Assembly: GCA_900617105.1 (NCBI GenBank) | Contig: UYFQ01000724.1 | Location: 1-58,916 of the forward strand | DNA: 58,916 bases | Direction of reading: 5' to 3' | DNA from: Hydrurus foetidus | Taxonomy: Eukaryota | Part shown: piece by piece, positions 53,076-58,916 of the stretch | Position numbering within the stretch: position 1 is the first letter of the stretch | How the letters are laid out: every line of letters starts with the position of its first letter | Made by a program: the position numbers and the translations under genes | The notes under the pieces: generated by a model | What the model was told of the DNA's origin: nothing | Database searches by the model: none | The model's input: the letters and a program-made list of their open reading frames with translations, nothing else

Positions 53076-54479
53076 TTACATTAGAACTTGTGCGGTTTGC
53101 GATTCAACAACGCTGGTCCATTTTCCAGGACAACAGCTATTCGCTCTTATATCTTGCAAATCCGCGCGCTCCAACTTTCTCCCTTCCCCTAGGGCTTTCA
53201 ATTTCTCCATCCTTTCTTTCTCTTCAGTCACTTTCTTATTGTTATCTTCACCTTCATTGTTTTTTACTGTGTTGCTTTCTTCATTTCGTTTACTTTCTTC
53301 ATCATTGTCATCGCCATCTAACTTGTTACTCTTTTCGTGCTTTTCATTGCCTTTCTTTGAAATAGCAACTTTTTGCAACAGTTTTCTACTGGGATTTTGT
53401 TCAGCATTAGGAAGATATGGACAGGAATTACTCAGATAACGTACGTAAAGCGGATGTACCCTCCAGTACGTTGAATTTAAAAGCCCTCTCAACGGTATGA
53501 GTGGCATCTCGCAGATGTTAGCAGTTCTCAAGGGAATATGATATTTTTGAGCCACTTGTAATAGATGCTGTTCAGGATTTAACCATCTTTCAACTTTTGT
53601 ATGATTGAAATAATAGTCTTCGCTTAATCCGCGTAGAAACTCATTAATCCATCTCCTATCGACAGCAAAGTTGTGATCATTTATCCCTCGAGATGCACCG
53701 AGATCGAGGCTAGTGATCAGTCCCAGATATTTATCAGCAGTGATGTGCCACGGTCCCAAAGCGTAGGAATCTTCTCGGAGCCGCACCACAATATCGTAGA
53801 AAATTCCTTGCGACAACTCGGCTTCTTGCACCCATTTTGCACACTCTCTCAGTCCTGACATCCATCTCATATTGTTCTGAAATCTGCTCTCCGCTGATTC
53901 GTAATTCTCTTTCGAACCATCGTGACCGGTAAACTTCTTTTCCGTTACTGGGACACTTTCGTTCCAAAAGACTTCGAAATTGTACCGTGGAGGTGGCTCC
54001 AATCTGACCCAAGTTTTGATATTGTGGCGCCGATCAACTTTGGCTTCTCCGATTTTGGTGTCGATGAAAGTTTTCAAGACTTGGGAGGAGAAGGTGCCGT
54101 ACAAGGAAGTGCTGTAGTTGAACTTCCAATATGTTTGTTTCACGTTATCCACTTCGTCATCCAAATATACGAATGTGTGTACCGTGTGACCGAGATTAGC
54201 ATTGGCTGCAATCACATTCTTTATCTTCGAATGAAGTTCGAGTCGAGCCAATTGTCCCGTCACACAAAAAGCTATTCGAAGGGATCTAATGATGGGAGTA
54301 TGATGAATAGCCTTATCTTTCCTATCTCGTCTTTTGCTCTTCTGCACTGCGGTAGAATCTTTTGTACCGCTTATGTTGGGCGCAGAGCCCCTAAAGTTGC
54401 CGTCTGAGGAAACGCAGAGTGTCGATATCAGTAGCAAACAAATAAGAATGCTTGGCATCCGACTTTGCATGTTTGTCAA
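53076..54479 (-). CDS. Secreted or type II membrane protein, putative glycosyltransferase-like
   Basis: Hydrophobic N-terminus (ILICLLLISTLCVS); RIAFCVTGQLAR, YDIVVRLRED and NDHNFAV pattern; 467 open codons. Confidence 0.65.
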   Translation of the reverse strand: MTNMQSRMPSILICLLLISTLCVSSDGNFRGSAPNISGTKDSTAVQKSKRRDRKDKAIHHTPIIRSLRIAFCVTGQLARLELHSKIKNVIAANANLGHTVHTFVYLDDEVDNVKQTYWKFNYSTSLYGTFSSQVLKTFIDTKIGEAKVDRRHNIKTWVRLEPPPRYNFEVFWNESVPVTEKKFTGHDGSKENYESAESRFQNNMRWMSGLRECAKWVQEAELSQGIFYDIVVRLREDSYALGPWHITADKYLGLITSLDLGASRGINDHNFAVDRRWINEFLRGLSEDYYFNHTKVERWLNPEQHLLQVAQKYHIPLRTANICEMPLIPLRGLLNSTYWRVHPLYVRYLSNSCPYLPNAEQNPSRKLLQKVAISKKGNEKHEKSNKLDGDDNDEESKRNEESNTVKNNEGEDNNKKVTEEKERMEKLKALGEGRKLERADLQDIRANSCCPGKWTSVVESQTAQVLM

Positions 54480-55275
54480 TTTACTGGCAGACTGACGAAG
54501 GCCACACCATCATCAGTCGCTACTCAAAAGACTCGAACACTCCGTATTCTGTAGCCTTCTTTAGCCAAGTCGATTTTAGTGAGAGGACGAGTTTGAAAGT
54601 TTTAGTCGATGAGACGTGAGACGTCTGTTTGGCCACTCGAGACTCGAGAACTCGAGGGGTCGTTGGCCGCACGTGTGCGGTGTCGTAGTACCAGGTTTCA
54701 GTTTCCACTGAATGGACAACTATATCCTTCCTGGGAACGTTCTCCTTTGTTCGAGGCTCACAGTATCGCACGTACGGATGTACTGGATACCTGACCCTAG
54801 ACCCTTCTAGGGCGATGACTTCAGCAGCCCGTAGCCTCAGATATTTTGATTGAACCTTTAGATTCGTAGAAAGATCTTTAACTACTTCAATCAACCACGT
54901 ACGTTTTGTTGTTTAGCTGGCATATATCGATGCAAGCCGATAAGAAATTGCTCGAGTAATATAGGTATTCTCGCATCTTTCTTTGCCACGTAAATAATTT
55001 AGCTTCAGAATCCTAACTCCTCTTCGGGAAGTCTAGAGAGTATAGGAAGGCGCGCCTATACGCTTCAAGACGTTCCATTGAGAGAAGACGAAGTTATTTT
55101 ACAAGAACAAGGAGAACAATACAAGTCTCTATTCTCCTACGCAAAGTTGACTGCAACGGTAACTTAAGGGAACCGCAGATCACTTTCACGGTTTTAGCCG
55201 ATCACAAAGAAAGATGTTAAAGCTTCAAGAGAGTATCTTGATTGCTGAGAAAGTCCAGAGAGTATCTGGCAAGAC

Positions 55276-55966
55276 ATGTCCGGACGCGGTCATGGTCAAG
55301 GACCAAGAGGTCCAGGAAAGGGAGCCGGTCGCGGCAAATACACCCCTCCAATGGCTCAGATGAAGAGCACACGAGAGCCTGCATTCAGAGGTCATAATCA
55401 AGAGCTTCCAACCATTAACTCCGGAGTTACTGCGAGAATAAACAAGCCGATAGAGTTCATTCAGCTGATGAGGGAACACAGGACAATAACCTACAAACCA
55501 TCAATCTGTCATGCATTCTGGACCATACCACCTACCTTCGGAGATGAAGACGAGGAGCCGGGCATGCCAGGAGAAATCTCAGCTGGAAAGTCATCATGTC
55601 CCAATTCCTGAGCGACCAAAAAGATTGGAAAACCGATTCTAAGGCAATAGTGGTGAAGAAGCAATCAGTGTTCGCGTTGGTGTACGCACAACTCAGTGAA
55701 TACTCCAGAGACGATGAAGACTGGACAGAGAGCTATCAAGCAAGAGATCTTCTCTACCTTATTCAAAGAATTCGTGCCACTCTTATCGCACGACAAAGCG
55801 GCAATCCTGGTCAAGATCGCGAGAGGGTCCAGATGGCGTGGGCGACCATCCGGATGTAACTCTACGAAACGAGCTTCACATTCCGGAAGCGCGCTGATGA
55901 TCACCAGCTCGAAAGAACTGCTGTTGACCTCCCAATTATTCCAGTAGAAGAGCTGGTAACAGGCAT
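55276..55966 (+). pseudogene. Frameshifted gag-like remnant of an LTR retrotransposon, cut by the Gypsy LTR
   Basis: GRG-rich start; VFALVYAQLSE...DLLYLIQRIRAT...IRM*LYETSFTFRKR parallels the 2.7-kb gag; frameshift near 55600, TAA at 55857; ends at the LTR. Confidence 0.6.
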
Positions 55967-56183
55967 TGTGGCCTAACTATGGGCTCGGCGGTGGGACTGC
56001 TGGGACAGGGCGCGGGGGCAAGAGGAAGGCAGCTGTTGTGCTGGTGCTATTGCTAAAGAGATGTGGTTAGCTTACAGATAAACACAGCGATAAGCAAGTC
56101 ATGAATCGGATGGCTCGGATCGTCCCCGATCCGAACCGAACGTACGCCTGTACCCGTACAGCTGTACAGCTGTGCGGGTCACA
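55967..56183 (-). mobile_element. 3' LTR (217 bp) of the right Gypsy chromovirus
   Basis: On the - strand it starts TGTGAC and ends GCCACA, directly after the purine tract AAAGAGAGGGGCCAT (about 56184-56198). Confidence 0.85.
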
Positions 56184-56391
56184 ATGGCCCCTCTCTTTGG
56201 AAGAAAAGGTGTACTAAATTTTTCATTAACAAACTTATCTATGTCTAAATACTAACATAAAACTACTATCTCAGAATTAAAACATAAAGTTCGTACTGAG
56301 TAAACCTCCCTAAAATCTGTTAGGATGAAAATTGGGAGTAATCTTTATGATTTAGTGTTTTTTAAACCTTTGTGTTTATACTGTGTATCGG

Positions 56392-58914
56392 TTAACGATA
56401 ATTTGCAGCAAATTTACTTGGAATCAAGTGTTTTAGGTTTTTAGCAATTAAGAACTCGTGGACTTTTTCAGCGTCACGCATGTTTTTCCACGGTTCCCAA
56501 GTGTTTCTGTCGTGGGGATAATTTAGCCACTTGACGTGAAATTTTAATGTTCCCACCACTCGGATGTTCCCTTCCATTGCTAGGATATCTTCGATAAAGA
56601 ATTCGAGATAATCTCGTCGGGCGATATCGGTTGGGTTGACCTTTGTAGGGTCGAACTCAAATTGTTTAATATTTGATACATGGTATCTTTTTTCGCGGTT
56701 GGTAATAAGATCGAGTAGTGTATACTCGTCGAGATCGTTTGCGACCACTTGCATGGGACCTTTCCATAAAGTGTGCATGCGTGTTGGTTTTGATGTGCGG
56801 TGGGTAACCAGTACCAACGAGTCGATTTCGAACGTTGTGTAGTCGGTGGAACCGCCTGCTTTTCGTTTCTCGTCCGCTTCTTTGAGTAGTTCAGCAGTGA
56901 TTCTGATGAGTTCATCTTGCATCTGCATAATTTTCTCAGTAGAATGGGTGACATGAGCCATGTCTAAGTTTATCTCATCTCGAGGGAGAAGGATGTTGGC
57001 ATCAAGGTCAATAGCATTGCCGTATATAAGCTTTGCTGCTGTTGACTGTGTCCGTACGTTGAATGTCGTATTTATAATTCGTTGTACGAATGGTAAAATT
57101 TCTCGGTAGTTTTCCGTAGTTGCACGGTCAAATGTAAATGCCGTGATGTGTCGGTTAATTTCCTTATTCATACGCTCTACTATCGAGTTTTCTTGCGAAG
57201 AGTATGGTAGAATAAGGTTGTGTGTTGTACCGGCAACTTTTACAAATTCCTCGAGGATTTTGTTTACGAAATGGGAACCGTTATCGGATCGCAGGAATTT
57301 GGGAGCTCCGTAGCGACCGATGTGTTCTATTAGGCCTGTTACGGCTGATTTTGCAGTATTATCAGTTGTGGCTGATAGTTCGACAAACCTTGTGAAGGTG
57401 TCTACCATAACAAGGATGTATCCTTTATCCGGGAATGGACCAATAAAGTCTATGTTTATGCATTCCATAGGTGCATATGTTGATGTTGTGAAACGATGGG
57501 TGACGGGTTTTTGTTTGTCAGCAGACATCTTTTGGCAACACGGGCATTGTTTAATGTATGCTCTTATATCGTGTCTCATGCCTTCCCATACTTTCCCTAT
57601 TTTTTTTAGGTTTCGCAAAGTGCGATTGAATCCTCCGTGCCCAACGGTAGAGTTGTGGACACGCATTAAGTATGCATATATTTCCGCTGCAAGCGGTTTG
57701 CAAGTTAGGATTGCTGTTATGATGTGTTTCGGCATCTTGTTTTTACATAGGCGTGACATTGCGTCAGCGACTTCATTATTTTTCCCAGGGATATACCCTA
57801 TCGTAAAATCTAATTCCTGTAGCGCACAGCGCCATCTTCCGACCATCTCATTTTTATCCTTGTGCAGGAAAGTAAGATTTTTGTGATCGGTCAGGATAGT
57901 AAACTTACGATCTCGTAGCAGGGCGTCGAGATAGTCACAGCAAAAGTAAAGGGCGTAAGCCTCTTTTTGTATTACGGACCATCTCAACTGGGTCTTGGTA
58001 AGAGATTTGCTTACGAGAGCGACGAGTTGTTTTACTCCGTCGACTTCTTGATATAAATAACCACCTATGCCGTAGTCAGACGCATCTGTCATGAGGGTAA
58101 TAGGTGCTACATCGTCGATGAAATATAATAAGGGACTCTTGGAGATAAGATCTTTGACTAACGTAAACGCGTCGGCCGCTTCGTCTGTCCAGACAAGCAA
58201 TGTTTGCTTTTTGGCGGCGTGATCTATCATTTTGTGTAGCGGTGCTACCACATTTGAGTGATTTGGTACATGATCCCTAAAGTAATTGGTGAGACCGAGG
58301 AACGAACGTAGTTCAGTTGTCTTTCTTGGCATCGGAAAGTCAGTCACACCCGTTATCTTTTTGGAGCTCATTGATATACCTTCCTTAGATATTTGTCTAC
58401 CAACATATTCAACTACTTTGACGTTAAGTCTTAGCTTTGCAGCCTTGAGTGAAATGTTTTTATCTTCTAGACGTTGAAACAATGTTTCTAAACGTTCACA
58501 GAATTGTATGTGTCCATCAGCATATATGATGATGTCGTCTAAATAGACTTCACAGATGCTGTATATAAGGCCAAGTAGTACTATTGACGCCATCATCTGT
58601 TGAAAGTATGATGGGGCCATCTTGGGACCGAATGGTAGTCGTGTGAATTGGTATATACCCATAAATGTTATAAATGCGGTAAATACTTGTGCCGCCAGTG
58701 TTATTGGGGCTTGGTGGTATCCGGCCGTAAGGTCGATTACGCCGAATACGTTTGGCCGTTGCGCGCCAAGTCTGTATAACATTTGTTTTATATTTGGGAT
58801 CGGCCAACTTGCAGATTCGGTTGCCTCATTGAGGTTCCTGTAATCTATGCAGAATCGGAGTGAACCGTCTGGTTTATTTGCAAGTATTACTTGGGAGTAA
58901 TATGAGGCATCGGA
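56392..58914 (-). CDS. Ty3/Gypsy pol (RT, RNase H, integrase, chromodomain), uninterrupted and open to the window edge
   Basis: RFCIDYRNLN (upstream of the listed ORF), IDLTAGYHQ, LPFGP, YLDD, TDASDYGIG, TDHKNL, ADAMSR, HHCC, DFIGP/SDNG/VERMN, FHVKWLNY...NTWEP. Confidence 0.97.
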   Translation of the reverse strand, partial: SDASYYSQVILANKPDGSLRFCIDYRNLNEATESASWPIPNIKQMLYRLGAQRPNVFGVIDLTAGYHQAPITLAAQVFTAFITFMGIYQFTRLPFGPKMAPSYFQQMMASIVLLGLIYSICEVYLDDIIIYADGHIQFCERLETLFQRLEDKNISLKAAKLRLNVKVVEYVGRQISKEGISMSSKKITGVTDFPMPRKTTELRSFLGLTNYFRDHVPNHSNVVAPLHKMIDHAAKKQTLLVWTDEAADAFTLVKDLISKSPLLYFIDDVAPITLMTDASDYGIGGYLYQEVDGVKQLVALVSKSLTKTQLRWSVIQKEAYALYFCCDYLDALLRDRKFTILTDHKNLTFLHKDKNEMVGRWRCALQELDFTIGYIPGKNNEVADAMSRLCKNKMPKHIITAILTCKPLAAEIYAYLMRVHNSTVGHGGFNRTLRNLKKIGKVWEGMRHDIRAYIKQCPCCQKMSADKQKPVTHRFTTSTYAPMECINIDFIGPFPDKGYILVMVDTFTRFVELSATTDNTAKSAVTGLIEHIGRYGAPKFLRSDNGSHFVNKILEEFVKVAGTTHNLILPYSSQENSIVERMNKEINRHITAFTFDRATTENYREILPFVQRIINTTFNVRTQSTAAKLIYGNAIDLDANILLPRDEINLDMAHVTHSTEKIMQMQDELIRITAELLKEADEKRKAGGSTDYTTFEIDSLVLVTHRTSKPTRMHTLWKGPMQVVANDLDEYTLLDLITNREKRYHVSNIKQFEFDPTKVNPTDIARRDYLEFFIEDILAMEGNIRVVGTLKFHVKWLNYPHDRNTWEPWKNMRDAEKVHEFLIAKNLKHLIPSKFAANYR

Positions 58915-58916
58915 TG

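Noticed and set aside
54520..54894. 124-aa minus-strand ORF
   Set aside because: Non-ATG start and no recognisable motif; cannot be supported as a gene
3337..55859. Alternative genetic code (TAA/TAG read as Gln)
   Set aside because: Long intact genes (LRR, pol, glycosyltransferase-like) have no internal TAR codons and end in TAA
93..58843. Short antisense or overlapping ORFs on pol, LRR and arm genes
   Set aside because: Shadow frames of the real coding sequences

Overview
This is eukaryotic, intron-containing, repeat-rich DNA; the gene and transposon types suggest a stramenopile alga or protist (inference only). Layout: (1) 1-6.2 kb is a nest of transposons: the 3' end and LTR of a Ty3/Gypsy chromovirus inserted in a hAT remnant, a gag-like remnant, and an opposite-strand Ty1/Copia remnant. 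(2) Two diverged inverted copies of a multi-exon gene with an ELM2-like motif (about 6.2-14.4 kb +, about 43.2-50.0 kb -) enclose a central region of about 29 kb. (3) That centre holds a 19.3 kb pentamer-derived complex satellite with a 156-bp higher-order unit, starting just after a splice donor of the left copy. It also holds an 83-nt near-perfect hairpin, a PDZ-like ORF, a decayed Helitron Rep/PIF1 gene, a palindromic PIF/Harbinger-type MITE and a small spliced papain-fold-like gene. (4) 50-59 kb carries an LRR (FBXL/AMN1-like) gene, a putative glycosyltransferase-like gene, a second gag remnant and a second chromovirus (LTR plus pol). All calls come from motif recognition by eye; no searches were run, and exon and element boundaries are approximate.
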